Assembly (NCBI GenBank): GCA_004560045.1
Contig: SFWF01000001.1
Coordinates: forward strand, 9,524 to 73,523
Direction of reading: 5' to 3'
DNA: 64,000 nt
From: a bacterium
GTDB lineage: Bacteria; Bacillota; Clostridia; Oscillospirales; Acutalibacteraceae
Positions 27,038 to 37,822 of this stretch are shown piece by piece (the stretch's first letter is position 1; every line of letters begins with the position of its first letter). Both the position numbers and the translations under genes were made by a program. The notes under the pieces are model-generated. The model worked only from the letters and a program-made list of their open reading frames with translations. It was not told the DNA's origin and searched no databases.

Positions 27038-27781
27038 TCAGTCTTCGTCTTCCTCTTCAGGCATATCCCAGTTGTGCCAGATCTCCTGAACGTCGTCGTT
27101 ATCCTCAAGCATTTCGATAAGCTTTTCCATATTCTTTATAGCGTCCTCGTCCTCGAGAGCGGTCATGGTCTGCGGAATGTAGGCCACCTCTGCGGATTCG
27201 AAGGTATAGCCCTTCTCCTCTAAAGCGTCGCGAACGGCACCAAGCTCGTTAGGATCGGTAGATATCTCGAAAACGTCGCCGTCGAAATTAAAGTCCTCGG
27301 CGCCCGCATCAAGAGCGTCCTCCATTACGGTATCCTCGTCTCTTCCCTCGGCTTCGATAACTATCTGACCTTTTCGGTCAAACATAAACATAACCGAGCC
27401 CGACTGACCGAGGTTTCCGCCGTATTTGTCGAAATAGTGACGCATCTCGCCTGCGGTACGGTTACGGTTATCGGTTAAAACCTCTACGATAACGGCGATG
27501 CCGTTCGGTCCGTAGCCCTCGTATACAAGCTCCTCGTAGTTGTTTGCGGAAGTGTCGCCTGCGGCCTTTTTGATTATACGCTCGATATTATCGTTGGGCA
27601 CGTTTGCGGCCTTGGCCTTGGCGATAGCGTCCTTAAGCTTGCTGTTTTCCTGCGGATTGGGGCCGCCGGTCTTAACGATCACCGAAATTTCGCGGCCGAT
27701 CTTGGTAAAGATCTTAGCCTTTGCAGCGTCGGTCTTTTCCTTTTTACGCTTGATATTATTCCATTTAGAATGTCCTGACAT
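27038..27781 (-). CDS. yebC: YebC/PmpR-family DNA-binding regulator
   Basis: MSGHSKWNNIKRKK N-terminus, full length. Confidence 0.95.
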   Translation of the reverse strand: MSGHSKWNNIKRKKEKTDAAKAKIFTKIGREISVIVKTGGPNPQENSKLKDAIAKAKAANVPNDNIERIIKKAAGDTSANNYEELVYEGYGPNGIAVIVEVLTDNRNRTAGEMRHYFDKYGGNLGQSGSVMFMFDRKGQIVIEAEGRDEDTVMEDALDAGAEDFNFDGDVFEISTDPNELGAVRDALEEKGYTFESAEVAYIPQTMTALEDEDAIKNMEKLIEMLEDNDDVQEIWHNWDMPEEEDED

Positions 27782-27820
27782 AAAGATTCTCCTTATAGGT
27801 TTCTTAACCTAACTATTTTA

Positions 27821-28789
27821 TCACAAATCTTCGCCTTCGGCAAGGGCTTTTTCACAAATCAGCTCGATATCGCGAAAATCTTTTATCTCACCGCACATTT
27901 TTCGAAGCTTCGCGGCGTTTTTTACCCCCTTCATATACCAGGCGGCGTGCTTTCTTGCCTCTAAAAGCACGGTTATATTCGACTTATATTTTTTCATAAG
28001 GGAAAGCTGCTCCATTAAAATTTCGAGGCGTTTTTCGAGGGGCGGGTCGGGCAGTACCGTTCGGTCCTTTAAATAGGCGTTTATTTTATCAAAGACCCAG
28101 GGGGTACCGTTTGCGGCGCGGCCGACCATAACGAAATCGCAGTCGGTATATTCATACATATATTTGGCCGAAGGGCCGTCCACCACGTCACCGTTTCCTA
28201 TAACGGGAATTTTTACCGCCTTTTTAACCTCTTTTATTATATCTAAATTAACCGGCGGAGCGTACATCTGAACCCTTGTTCTGCCGTGAACGGTTATGGC
28301 GGCGGCACCGTTCGCTTCGCAAATTTTGGCCACCTCTACAGCGTTAATATTATCTCCGTCCCAGCCTGCACGAATCTTTACCGTAACGGGAAGTTTTACC
28401 GAATCTACCACGGATTTTACGACCCTTCCCGCAAGTTCGGGGTCCTTCATAAGGGAGCTTCCGCCGCCGTTGTTTGCAACTTTTGGCGCAGGGCAACCCA
28501 TATTTATATCTATAAAATCGGGGGCATATTCCTCGGCGACGCGGGCGGCCTGACCCATAATTTCGGGTTCGTTTCCGAAAAGCTGACTTCCGAAAATTCC
28601 CGCCTCACCCTTTTCCAAAAAAACGCGGGATTTTTTATCCCCGAGGGTTATAGCCTTTGCGCTCGTCAGCTCGCCCACCGAGTAGGCGGCGCCGTATTTT
28701 TCACATATTTCTCTCATAGCCCTGTCGGCTACCCCTGCCATAGGGGCGAGAGCGGCATATCCGTTAATTTCTGAATTTCCGATTTTCAT
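27821..28789 (-). CDS. dusB: tRNA-dihydrouridine synthase (DusB-like)
   Basis: Track ORF. It is a Dus TIM barrel (LAPMAGVAD, INMGCP, VHGRT) plus a helical C-domain. Confidence 0.9.
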   Translation of the reverse strand: MKIGNSEINGYAALAPMAGVADRAMREICEKYGAAYSVGELTSAKAITLGDKKSRVFLEKGEAGIFGSQLFGNEPEIMGQAARVAEEYAPDFIDINMGCPAPKVANNGGGSSLMKDPELAGRVVKSVVDSVKLPVTVKIRAGWDGDNINAVEVAKICEANGAAAITVHGRTRVQMYAPPVNLDIIKEVKKAVKIPVIGNGDVVDGPSAKYMYEYTDCDFVMVGRAANGTPWVFDKINAYLKDRTVLPDPPLEKRLEILMEQLSLMKKYKSNITVLLEARKHAAWYMKGVKNAAKLRKMCGEIKDFRDIELICEKALAEGEDL

Positions 28790-28870
28790 AACGGGATAAT
28801 TATATATTAAATTATTTTTTTCGTCAACCGTAAAAGATTTTTTATTTTTTATTTTTACTTTAAAAATATG

Positions 28871-28899
28871 ATGACAAAACGATATTTATTTGTTATAAT
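28871..28899 (+). promoter_or_regulatory. Sigma-A promoter (extended -10) for polA
   Basis: ATGACA, 17-nt spacer, TGtTATAAT. Confidence 0.45.
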
Positions 28900-28934
28900 A
28901 ATATAAATATATTTACTATGGGGTTTTATTTCTT

Positions 28935-31469
28935 ATGAAACTGCTTGCAATCGACGGAAACAGTATTATAAACCGAGCCTTTTACGGTATCAAGCTTCTT
29001 ACCACCAAGGACGGAAAATATACCAACGCCGTTTACGGATTTATAAATATTTTAAACCGACTTAAGGAGGCTGAGCAGCCCGACGGTATCGCCGTGGCCT
29101 TCGACCTTAAAAAGCCTACCTTCCGTCACCTTAAATACGCCGAATATAAGGCAGGTCGTCACGCTACTCCCCCCGAGCTTTTGGAGCAGTTTGCCCCACT
29201 TAAGGAGTGGCTTTCGGCTATGGGCTACTCGGTAATAGAATGTGAGGGCTTCGAGGCCGACGATATTTTAGGCACATTAGCCAAGGCCTGCGAGGATACG
29301 GGAAACGAATGCGTTGTAGCGACGGGAGACAAGGATTCTCTTCAGCTTATAAGCGATAAGGTTCGTGTCGTTCTTTCGGCCACCCGTATGGGAGGACCTG
29401 AAATTATAAACTACGACAAGGCCGCCCTTTTCGAGAAATACGGTCTTACCCCTTCTCAGATGATAGAGCTCAAGGCTCTTATGGGCGACTCGTCGGATAA
29501 TATTCCCGGTGTTGCGGGAATAGGCGAAAAGACGGCCACCGACCTTATTTCCCGTTTTGGAGATATCGATTATATCTACGAGCATTTAGAGGAGCTCGAC
29601 ATAAAGGCGGGAGTCAGAGCTAAATTAGAGGCAGGAAAAGAATCGGCATTTTTCAGCCGCTGGCTCGGTACCATAAGCCGCGAGGCACCTATCGATATAA
29701 ACCCCGAAAGCTATCTTACAAAGGCTATGGATACCGCAAAGGTCGCTTCTGTTATGACCGAGCTTGAATTCTTCAAGCTTATGGAAAAGATGGGCATTTC
29801 CCCCGTCACGGTAAAAAATACCGAAAAGATAGTTTGTGAAAAGGTTACGCCCGTATCGGCCGACGAGCTTCTTAAAAGTCTCGGCAAAAGGGTCGATTTA
29901 GTCCGGGTCGGAGAGAGCTTCGGCGCCTATTCAAACTGCCTTTGCGCCGAGATAAGCGAGGCTCAGGCCTTAGAGCTTTTGGCATCAGACACCGAAAAAA
30001 GTCTTTACGACGCAAAATGGTTTTATAAATTCGCGGCAAAAAACGGTGTAGAGCCTAAAAACTTCGTTTTCGATACCATGCTTGCCGCCTACGTCTGCAA
30101 CCCCTCCTCCAGCTCCTACGAGCTCGACCGTCTTATGGCCGAATACGGAGCAGAGGTCGCTGAAGATATAGAAAATGAGGCCGCAAAGGCCGCCGCGGCT
30201 AACTACGCAATTGCCGCCGCTTTAAGAAAAGAGCTCGAAAAGACCGAGCAGGACAGGCTCTATTTCGATATCGAGCTTCCCCTTGCCACGGTACTCGGAG
30301 ATATGGAGCTTCGCGGCGTGCTTATCGACGCTACGGCTCTTAAAATTCACGGAGAAGAGCTTGGCAGACGGGTTTCAGAGCTTGAAAAGGAAATTTACGA
30401 GCTTATAGGCTACGAGTTTAATCTTAATTCGCCCAAGCAGCTGGGCGTCGCCCTTTTTGAGCATTTAGGACTTCCCGCAAAGAAAAAGACCAAAAGCGGA
30501 TATTCAACAAACGCAGAGGTCTTGGAGGAGCTCAGAGACGCTCATCCCGCGGTCGGAATGATATTAAAATACAGAGGGCTTTCTAAGCTTAAGTCGACCT
30601 ACTGCGACTCCCTTTTAGAGACGGTCGCCGAGGACGGAAGAATTCACTCCACCTTTAATCAGACCGAAACGAGAACGGGAAGAATAAGCTCCTTGGAGCC
30701 TAATCTTCAGAACATCCCCGTCCGCACCGACGAAGGAAAGATATTCAGAAAATTCTTCATTGCGAAGGAAGGCTACACACTTGTCGACGCCGACTATTCG
30801 CAGATAGAGCTTCGCGTACTTGCCCACATGGCCGACGACAAGGCTATGTGTGAGGCCTTTAACTCGGGCACGGATATTCATACCTCTACCGCGGCTCAGG
30901 TCTTCGGTATGCCGCTCGATATGGTGACCCCCCTTATGAGAAGCCGCGCAAAGGCGGTAAACTTCGGTATCGTTTACGGCATCGGCGCCTTTTCCCTCGC
31001 TAAGGATATCGGGGTAACGAACCGCGAAGCCAGAGAATATATCGAAAGCTATTTAAACACCTTTAAGGGCGTTGACCGCTTTATGACCGAAGGGATAGAA
31101 AAAGCCAAGGAGCAGGGCTTCGTTACCACCGTTTTCGGAAGACGGCGCTACCTGCCGGAGCTTTCCTCCTCTAATCATATGCTTCGTGCCTTCGGTGAGC
31201 GGGTCGCCCGCAACGCACCTATTCAGGGTACGGCGGCTGACATTATTAAGATCGCCATGGTAAACGTTTTCGACCGACTTAAAAAGGAAAAACTCGACGC
31301 AAGCCTTATTCTTCAGGTCCACGACGAGCTTATTATCGAGGCGGCCGATAAGGATACCGAAAAAGCGGCGGCGATACTGAAGGAAGAAATGGAAAACGCA
31401 GTAAAAATGAAGGTAGCCCTTACCGCATACGTAAATACGGGCAAGAGCTGGTATGAGGCAAAAGGCTGA
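28935..31469 (+). CDS. polA: DNA polymerase I
   Basis: Track ORF with a 5'-nuclease N-domain and polymerase motifs DYSQIELRVLAH, RSRAKAVNFGIVYG and QVHDEL. Confidence 0.95.
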   Translation: MKLLAIDGNSIINRAFYGIKLLTTKDGKYTNAVYGFINILNRLKEAEQPDGIAVAFDLKKPTFRHLKYAEYKAGRHATPPELLEQFAPLKEWLSAMGYSVIECEGFEADDILGTLAKACEDTGNECVVATGDKDSLQLISDKVRVVLSATRMGGPEIINYDKAALFEKYGLTPSQMIELKALMGDSSDNIPGVAGIGEKTATDLISRFGDIDYIYEHLEELDIKAGVRAKLEAGKESAFFSRWLGTISREAPIDINPESYLTKAMDTAKVASVMTELEFFKLMEKMGISPVTVKNTEKIVCEKVTPVSADELLKSLGKRVDLVRVGESFGAYSNCLCAEISEAQALELLASDTEKSLYDAKWFYKFAAKNGVEPKNFVFDTMLAAYVCNPSSSSYELDRLMAEYGAEVAEDIENEAAKAAAANYAIAAALRKELEKTEQDRLYFDIELPLATVLGDMELRGVLIDATALKIHGEELGRRVSELEKEIYELIGYEFNLNSPKQLGVALFEHLGLPAKKKTKSGYSTNAEVLEELRDAHPAVGMILKYRGLSKLKSTYCDSLLETVAEDGRIHSTFNQTETRTGRISSLEPNLQNIPVRTDEGKIFRKFFIAKEGYTLVDADYSQIELRVLAHMADDKAMCEAFNSGTDIHTSTAAQVFGMPLDMVTPLMRSRAKAVNFGIVYGIGAFSLAKDIGVTNREAREYIESYLNTFKGVDRFMTEGIEKAKEQGFVTTVFGRRRYLPELSSSNHMLRAFGERVARNAPIQGTAADIIKIAMVNVFDRLKKEKLDASLILQVHDELIIEAADKDTEKAAAILKEEMENAVKMKVALTAYVNTGKSWYEAKG

Positions 31470-31876
31470 TGAAAAGAGTAGTTTTTGTTTGTACGGGTAA
31501 CACCTGCCGCTCCCCTATGGCGGAGGGTTACTTAAAATCGATAAAGGATAAGGGCTACGAGATAATAAGCCGCGGTCTTTCGGCCGACGGCAGTCCCGCC
31601 GCCACAAACAGTGTAAACGCAATGCTCGAAAAGGGTATTGATATTACGGGACACGTTTCCCGACAGATGACCTACGAGGACGCCGAAAAGGCCGACGTTA
31701 TCGTCTGTATGTCGGCCTCCCACGCCGATATTTTAGAGGCACTCGGTATCGATAAGCTTAAAATTTTCGTTCTCGGAATAAACGACCCCTACGGCGGCGA
31801 TATGGACACCTACCGCGCCTGCCGCGACGAGATATTCGGGGCCATCGACGAGCTTATTGAGGACGGAATCTTATGA
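31469..31876 (+). CDS. Low-molecular-weight phosphatase (YwlE-like protein arginine/tyrosine phosphatase)
   Basis: CTGNTCRSPMAE P-loop and DPYGG motif. Its start overlaps the polA stop (TGATG). Confidence 0.85.
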   Translation: MKRVVFVCTGNTCRSPMAEGYLKSIKDKGYEIISRGLSADGSPAATNSVNAMLEKGIDITGHVSRQMTYEDAEKADVIVCMSASHADILEALGIDKLKIFVLGINDPYGGDMDTYRACRDEIFGAIDELIEDGIL

Positions 31877-32301
31877 TAAGAGAATATAAAAAGGGCGACG
31901 AAATTGCCATTGCCGCAATTGAAGAGGAATGCTTTTCCTTACCCTGGAGCCGTCAGGGAATAATCGATGCCCTATGGGAGGGTGCTCGCTTCTTTGTTTT
32001 TGAAGAAGGGGGAGAAATCCTCGGCTACGTCGGAATTCGTTTTGTCTTGGACGAAGGCTATATATATAACGTTGCCGTTAAAAAGGAGCACCGCAGACGG
32101 GGCGTTGCGCAGGCTCTGCTCGGAAAGATCGACGAGCTGGCGGAGGAGCTTAAGCTTTCCTTCGTTTCGCTGGAGGTCCGCGAGTCCAATACGGCCGCCG
32201 TATCTTTATACGAAAAAATGGGCTACGGCAAGAACGGCATAAGGCCGAATTTTTACGATTTCCCCCGTGAAAACGCTATAATTATGACAAAAAGAAGGTA
32301 G
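31873..32301 (+). CDS. rimI: Ribosomal-protein-alanine N-acetyltransferase RimI (GNAT)
   Basis: GNAT motif RRRGVAQALL, adjacent to tsaD. Confidence 0.8.
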   Translation: MIREYKKGDEIAIAAIEEECFSLPWSRQGIIDALWEGARFFVFEEGGEILGYVGIRFVLDEGYIYNVAVKKEHRRRGVAQALLGKIDELAEELKLSFVSLEVRESNTAAVSLYEKMGYGKNGIRPNFYDFPRENAIIMTKRR

Positions 32302-32305
32302 TAGA

Positions 32306-33331
32306 TTGCTTATCCTTGCAATAGAGTCCTCCTGCGACGAGACCGCCGCGGCGGTAACCGAAGGAAGACGGGTCTTATCCTCGGTGATAAATACCCAGAT
32401 CGAAGAACATAAAAAATACGGCGGAGTCGTTCCCGAAATCGCCTCGAGACGTCACTGTGAAAACATTTCGCAGGTCGTTAAAAAAGCCCTCGAGGAGGCA
32501 GGAAAGAGCTTTGGCGATATAGATGCGGTTGCGGTGACCTTTGCCCCCGGGCTTATAGGTGCGCTTCTCGTCGGGGTAAACTACGCGAAGGGCCTGGCGC
32601 TAAGCCTTGGAGTCCCCCTTATCCCCGTTCATCATCTGCGAAGCCACATTGCCGCCAACTATATAGATAACGAGGAACTGAAGCCTCCATTTTTATGCCT
32701 TACGGTATCGGGCGGAAACTCCATTCTGACCGAGGTCAGGGACTATACCGATTTCGATATGATAGGCGGTACCCGTGACGACGCGGCAGGTGAATGCTTC
32801 GATAAATCGGCAAGGGCCATGGGACTTCCCTACCCCGGAGGAGTAAACCTCGACAAAATTGCCACCACGGCCGACTTTAAGAAATATCCCCTGCCCCGCC
32901 CCAAGGTCGAGGGAAGTCCTTACGACTTTTCCTTCTCGGGCCTTAAGACCGCGGTCATAAACACCCTTCATAACGCAGTGCAAAAGGGCGAAGAGGTCGA
33001 CATCCCCGTCCTTGCGGCCACGGTCAGAAAAAGGGTCTGTGATATGCTGATAGAAAACACCCTGCTGGCCCTCTCCGACAGAAATAGCGATACCTTGGTT
33101 CTCGCAGGCGGAGTTTCGGCCAACAGCGAGCTTCGGACGAGGCTCGAGGAAGAATGTAAAAGCAGGGGGATAAAATTCTACCGACCCGAGCTTAAATACT
33201 GCGGCGACAATGCGGCGATGGTGGGCGTGCAGGCCTACTACGAATACCTTTCGGGCAATATCGGAGGAAGCTCCCTTAATGCCACCGCTACGCTACCCAT
33301 TGATTACACAAATAACCTGAAAAGAGGATAA
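32306..33331 (+). CDS. tsaD: tRNA N6-adenosine threonylcarbamoyltransferase TsaD
   Basis: ILAIESSCDETAAAV, HHLRSH and GGVSAN motifs. TTG start. Confidence 0.95.
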   Translation: MLILAIESSCDETAAAVTEGRRVLSSVINTQIEEHKKYGGVVPEIASRRHCENISQVVKKALEEAGKSFGDIDAVAVTFAPGLIGALLVGVNYAKGLALSLGVPLIPVHHLRSHIAANYIDNEELKPPFLCLTVSGGNSILTEVRDYTDFDMIGGTRDDAAGECFDKSARAMGLPYPGGVNLDKIATTADFKKYPLPRPKVEGSPYDFSFSGLKTAVINTLHNAVQKGEEVDIPVLAATVRKRVCDMLIENTLLALSDRNSDTLVLAGGVSANSELRTRLEEECKSRGIKFYRPELKYCGDNAAMVGVQAYYEYLSGNIGGSSLNATATLPIDYTNNLKRG

Positions 33332-33334
33332 TAT

Positions 33335-34357
33335 ATGCTGTTTACAAGAGATATCGGTATCGATCTCGGTACCGCAAACACACTGGTTTATCAGAAGGGC
33401 AAGGGTATAATCCTTCGCGAGCCCTCGGTCGTTGCCTACGACGTAAGAAATGATGCCGTTCGCGCCGTCGGTACCGAGGCTAAGGAAATGATCGGCCGTA
33501 CCCCCGGCTCCATCGTTGCAGTCCGTCCCTTAAAGCACGGCGTTATTGCCGACTACGACGTTACCGCCGCCATGCTTAAAAGGTTTATCAAGGAGGCTCT
33601 TAAGGGCTCCATAATCTCTAAGGTAAGGGTCGTTATCTGCGTACCCGCAGGCGTTACCGAGGTTGAAAGCCGCGCCGTTCACGGAGTTTTAAAGCAGGCA
33701 GGCGCTTCGGACGTTGATATTATAGAGGAGCCTATGGCGGCCGCCGTCGGAGCAGGTCTTCCCGTTTGGGAGGCCAAGGGCTGTATGATAGCCGATATCG
33801 GAGGCGGTACCACCGAGGTTGCGGTCATATCCCTTGGTGATATCGTTACGGCGCAGTCGGTAAGAACGGCAGGCGACGACTTAGACGAGGCTATAATCGG
33901 CTACATCAGAAAGAAATACAATCTTCTTATCGGCGAACGCACCGCAGAACAGATCAAGATCGAGATCGGCTCGGCTCTCCCCTACGAGGACGAAAAGACG
34001 GTTGAGATCAAGGGAAGAAACCTCCTTGACGGACTTCCCAAGAATATCGTTATCTCCTCCGAGGAGGTACGAGAGGCTATGAGCGATACCGTAGCGGTTA
34101 TCGTCGACACTATTAAGACCACCCTCGAAAAAACTCCTCCCGAGCTTTCGGCCGATATTATCGAAAGCGGAATTACCCTTACGGGCGGCAGCTCGATGCT
34201 CAGAGGTCTTGCCGAGCTTATAAGGCAGGAGACAAATATGCCCGTAGCTATTGCCGAAAACCCCATAGACTGCGTCGTAGAGGGAACGGCTAAGAGACTC
34301 GAGCCCGGTCACAGATTTGACAACTACGTTTTCCGCAGAGGCAGACATTACAGATAG
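33335..34357 (+). CDS. mreB: Rod-shape protein MreB
   Basis: [14 protein letters not shown] and [11 protein letters not shown] actin-fold motifs. Confidence 0.95.
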   Translation: MLFTRDIGIDLGTANTLVYQKGKGIILREPSVVAYDVRNDAVRAVGTEAKEMIGRTPGSIVAVRPLKHGVIADYDVTAAMLKRFIKEALKGSIISKVRVVICVPAGVTEVESRAVHGVLKQAGASDVDIIEEPMAAAVGAGLPVWEAKGCMIADIGGGTTEVAVISLGDIVTAQSVRTAGDDLDEAIIGYIRKKYNLLIGERTAEQIKIEIGSALPYEDEKTVEIKGRNLLDGLPKNIVISSEEVREAMSDTVAVIVDTIKTTLEKTPPELSADIIESGITLTGGSSMLRGLAELIRQETNMPVAIAENPIDCVVEGTAKRLEPGHRFDNYVFRRGRHYR

Positions 34358-34368
34358 AGGTGAATTAG

Positions 34369-35223
34369 TTGCGTTTCTTTCTTCGCAGCAAGCAGTTTAA
34401 AAAGGGTCTCGCCACCGTTGCGATAATTTTAGCCCTTTCAATAACCGCCTGGCTCGTAGGCGGCTTTATGTCCCCTCAGGCAGGTATTCTCGGCGCCATT
34501 GCCGCCCCCTTTCAGAAGTTCGGAAGCTGGATCGCAGGCGGCGTTGAGGATATGTCCGAAAATTTCTTTTCGGCGGCACAGCTTAACGCCGAAAAGAAGG
34601 CCCTCGAGGACGAGATAACCGCTCTTCGCGAGCAGCTCGTCGACTACGAGGAGGCTATAAATCAAAACAAGTTTTACGAGGACTATCTCGAAATAAAAGA
34701 GGCCAACGAGGACTTTAAATTCTGCCCCGCGCTTATTACCGCCACCGACCCCGACGACGATTTCGGCGGCTTTACTGTTGACGCAGGAACCCTTTCGGGT
34801 GTTAAGCTTTACGACCCCGTAATTACCGACAAGGGCCTTGTTGGCTACGTTACCGAGGTCGGCGCCACCACCTCCAAGGTCACTACCATTTTAAGCCCCT
34901 CCCTTACCTGCGGAGCCTACGATTCCCGCACCTCCGATTCGGGAGCGGTTTCGGGAAGCTACGAGCTCGCGGTAAAGGGTCAGACGAGGTTTTATAATCT
35001 TCCCCGTACCTGCTCGGTCGCTATAGGCGACCTTGTTGTGACCTCGGGAAGCGGAATCTTCCCCGATAAGATAATTATCGGCTCGGTCTCGAACATCAGC
35101 AGTGACCCTCTTTCCTCCTCTCTTTACGCTACCGTTACCCCTACCGTTGATTTTGGTTCCCTTAAAATGGTTATGATAATCACCGAATTTGCGGGTCAGG
35201 GCAACGCGCTTACGGGAGAATAG
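34369..35223 (+). CDS. mreC: Rod-shape protein MreC
   Basis: TM, coiled coil and beta domains (GLVGYVTEV, VVTSGSGIFP). TTG start after GAGGTG. Confidence 0.9.
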   Translation: MRFFLRSKQFKKGLATVAIILALSITAWLVGGFMSPQAGILGAIAAPFQKFGSWIAGGVEDMSENFFSAAQLNAEKKALEDEITALREQLVDYEEAINQNKFYEDYLEIKEANEDFKFCPALITATDPDDDFGGFTVDAGTLSGVKLYDPVITDKGLVGYVTEVGATTSKVTTILSPSLTCGAYDSRTSDSGAVSGSYELAVKGQTRFYNLPRTCSVAIGDLVVTSGSGIFPDKIIIGSVSNISSDPLSSSLYATVTPTVDFGSLKMVMIITEFAGQGNALTGE

Positions 35224-35226
35224 GCC

Positions 35227-35721
35227 ATGAGTAAAGCGAGAGCATTCCTTACGGCGACAATAAACGCCCTTTTAATATTTATACTTTTCGTCCTAAGATA
35301 CAGTTGTGGCGTGACCCTCGGCATAGGACAGGCCGTACCCATAATACTTATTCCCCTTGTTATTTCCTGCGCAATATTTTACGGGGAGAATGCCGCAATG
35401 CTTGCGGGATTTTTCGCAGGAGTTTTAATGGATAGCTCGGCGGCCTCGGGTTCCTGGTTCAACACCCTGTTTTTAACCCTCGGCGGTCTCGTTTGTGCTT
35501 TTTTATCTGCCCGTGTGCTTAACCGAAACTTTAAGGCGGCTATCTGTCTTTCGGTCGGCTTTTCCTTCGGATATTTCTTTATAAAATATCTTGTTTTCTT
35601 CGTTTTCGAGGGAATCGCCGTAAGCTACAACTACTTTTTGCTTGATCTTATTCCATCGGCCGTTTATACCGCCGTTTGGCTTATACCCTTTTACTTTTTA
35701 CAGAAAAAGCTTTCAAATTAA
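35227..35721 (+). CDS. mreD: Rod-shape protein MreD
   Basis: Small polytopic membrane protein in the mreBCD position. Confidence 0.8.
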   Translation: MSKARAFLTATINALLIFILFVLRYSCGVTLGIGQAVPIILIPLVISCAIFYGENAAMLAGFFAGVLMDSSAASGSWFNTLFLTLGGLVCAFLSARVLNRNFKAAICLSVGFSFGYFFIKYLVFFVFEGIAVSYNYFLLDLIPSAVYTAVWLIPFYFLQKKLSN

Positions 35722-35733
35722 GGAGAACTAAAA

Positions 35734-37707
35734 TTGCCCTTTAAGAAAAAACCACGTAGACGACTTTCGGCTTTATCGGTAATAATGGCTTTGGTGCTTG
35801 TATTCTACTCGACTCAGGTCTTTTCGCTTCAGGTATCAAACGCAGATATCTATATCGCTCAGGCGCAGGGTATCTCCTACCGAAAGGCCGTTATTAAGGC
35901 ACAACGCGGAGAGATAATCGACTGTAACGGACGAGAGATCGCCGTTAACCGCGAAGGCTATAATATAGTGTTTAACAAAGCCTATTTCGATATGAAAAAG
36001 GCCAACGACGTTATACTTCGTCTGACAAAGCTGCTTTCCTCGAAGGATACCGACTGGGCCGATTCGCTCCCGTTAGAAAAAACCGCTCCCTACGGCTTTA
36101 CCGATAACGAGGCCGCGGTAGCCTCTCTGAGAAAAAATCTCGGCCTTGCTCACTACGCAACTGCCGTTCACTGTCTCGCCGAAATGACAGAAAGGTACGA
36201 GCTTGAGGCCTACGACGAGGCGACCCGCCGTATTATTATGGGAGTCAGGTATACCCTTGAGGCCTACGATTTCTCGGTTTCCAATCCCTTTACCTTTGCC
36301 GAGGACGTATCGAGCGAGCTTATGCAGACGATATTGGAGTCGGGAGTTATCTTAAGCGGCGTTACCATAAACGTCGTTCCCTTCCGCGAATACGTCGACG
36401 GCACCTTGGCTCCTCACCTTATCGGTACGGTAGGCCCTATCTACGCCGACGAATGGAGCAAGTATAAGGGAAAGGGCTACTCCTTCGACGATAAGGTAGG
36501 AAAAAGCGGAATTGAAGCCCTTGCCGAGGACGATCTGCACGGAACCGACGGCGAGATAACCTATAAGATAGACGCTAAGGGAAATATCCTTTCGCGGGAG
36601 ATAACAAAGCAACCTATCGCGGGCAAGACCGTCGTTTTAAACCTCGACAAAAAGATTCAGCTCGCCACCCAGAAGTCCCTTGCCGACACCATTACCGACC
36701 TTAAGGAAAAAGGCGGAGAGGTAACGGGAGGCGCGGCGGTTATGATGGACGTTCGTACCGGCGGAATTATCGCCAGCGCCAACTTCCCCTCTTATAATCT
36801 TGCCACCTATTCGGAGGACTTCAACAAGCTTCTTTCCAACCCGAACAATCCTCTTAACGACCGCGCATTTCAGGGAATATATCCCCCCGGCTCTACGGTA
36901 AAGCCTGCTATTGCGGTTGCCGCCCTCGAAAACGGCAAGCTTAAGCCCGACGAGCATATATACTGCTCTCACACCTATTATAAATATCCCGACTATACCC
37001 CCTCCTGTATGGGATATCACCGTTCTATCACCCTTAAGACTGCCCTTTCGAAATCCTGCAACTATTTCTTCTTCGAGATGGGATACCGACTCGGACTCGA
37101 CAATATAAATAAGTATTTCAAGCTTTTCGGTCTCGGCACCAAGACGGGGGTCGATATTCACGATTCCTCGGGACTTCTCGTTGAGGACACCACCTACGGC
37201 GTCGGCGGTAACACGCTTCAGGCCGCCATCGGTCAGATGAACGCCTTTACTCCCCTTCAGCTTGCGGTTTACGTTTCGACCATGGCTAACGAGGGAGTCC
37301 GCTACAAGGCAAGCCTTATCGACCGCGTAGTTTCCTACGATATGTCCAAAACCTATAGCGAAACAAAGCCGCAGGTGCTTGAGAAATTCACCATAACCGA
37401 ATCGGTTATAAAGGCGGTTAAGGAGGGTATGCTTTCGGTTACCGAGGACGGTACGGGAAGCGCCGTGTTTAAAAAGTATCCGATACAGATCGGCGGTAAG
37501 ACGGGTACCTCCCAGGTCACCGACGCGGCCGACCATTCGGTCTTCGTCGGCTTCGCCCCTTACGACAAACCCGAGATCGCTATTGCTATCGTTCTTGAGC
37601 ACGGCAAAAAGCGGGCGGCAAACGTGGCTAAGCCTATGCTCGACGCATATTTCTTTGCCGACGAGGTAACGGTGGATACTACCCTGCCGAATACCGTTCT
37701 TCCGTAG
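35734..37707 (+). CDS. mrdA: Penicillin-binding protein 2 (class B transpeptidase)
   Basis: TTG start after AAGGAG. It has the STVK, SCN and KTGT active-site motifs. Confidence 0.9.
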   Translation: MPFKKKPRRRLSALSVIMALVLVFYSTQVFSLQVSNADIYIAQAQGISYRKAVIKAQRGEIIDCNGREIAVNREGYNIVFNKAYFDMKKANDVILRLTKLLSSKDTDWADSLPLEKTAPYGFTDNEAAVASLRKNLGLAHYATAVHCLAEMTERYELEAYDEATRRIIMGVRYTLEAYDFSVSNPFTFAEDVSSELMQTILESGVILSGVTINVVPFREYVDGTLAPHLIGTVGPIYADEWSKYKGKGYSFDDKVGKSGIEALAEDDLHGTDGEITYKIDAKGNILSREITKQPIAGKTVVLNLDKKIQLATQKSLADTITDLKEKGGEVTGGAAVMMDVRTGGIIASANFPSYNLATYSEDFNKLLSNPNNPLNDRAFQGIYPPGSTVKPAIAVAALENGKLKPDEHIYCSHTYYKYPDYTPSCMGYHRSITLKTALSKSCNYFFFEMGYRLGLDNINKYFKLFGLGTKTGVDIHDSSGLLVEDTTYGVGGNTLQAAIGQMNAFTPLQLAVYVSTMANEGVRYKASLIDRVVSYDMSKTYSETKPQVLEKFTITESVIKAVKEGMLSVTEDGTGSAVFKKYPIQIGGKTGTSQVTDAADHSVFVGFAPYDKPEIAIAIVLEHGKKRAANVAKPMLDAYFFADEVTVDTTLPNTVLP

Positions 37708-37768
37708 GCTGACGAGAGTCCGAAACCGCCCTAAAGGGCATAATTTCGACAAAAAAATCGCATTATTG

Positions 37769-37798
37769 TTTGACAAATTCCCCTATGTATGGTAAATT
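37769..37798 (+). promoter_or_regulatory. Sigma-A promoter (extended -10) for the MinD-like gene
   Basis: TTGACA, 18-nt spacer ending in TGG, then TAAATT. Confidence 0.45.
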
Positions 37799-37822
37799 TA
37801 TTTTATTCACTTGGAGTAAGAT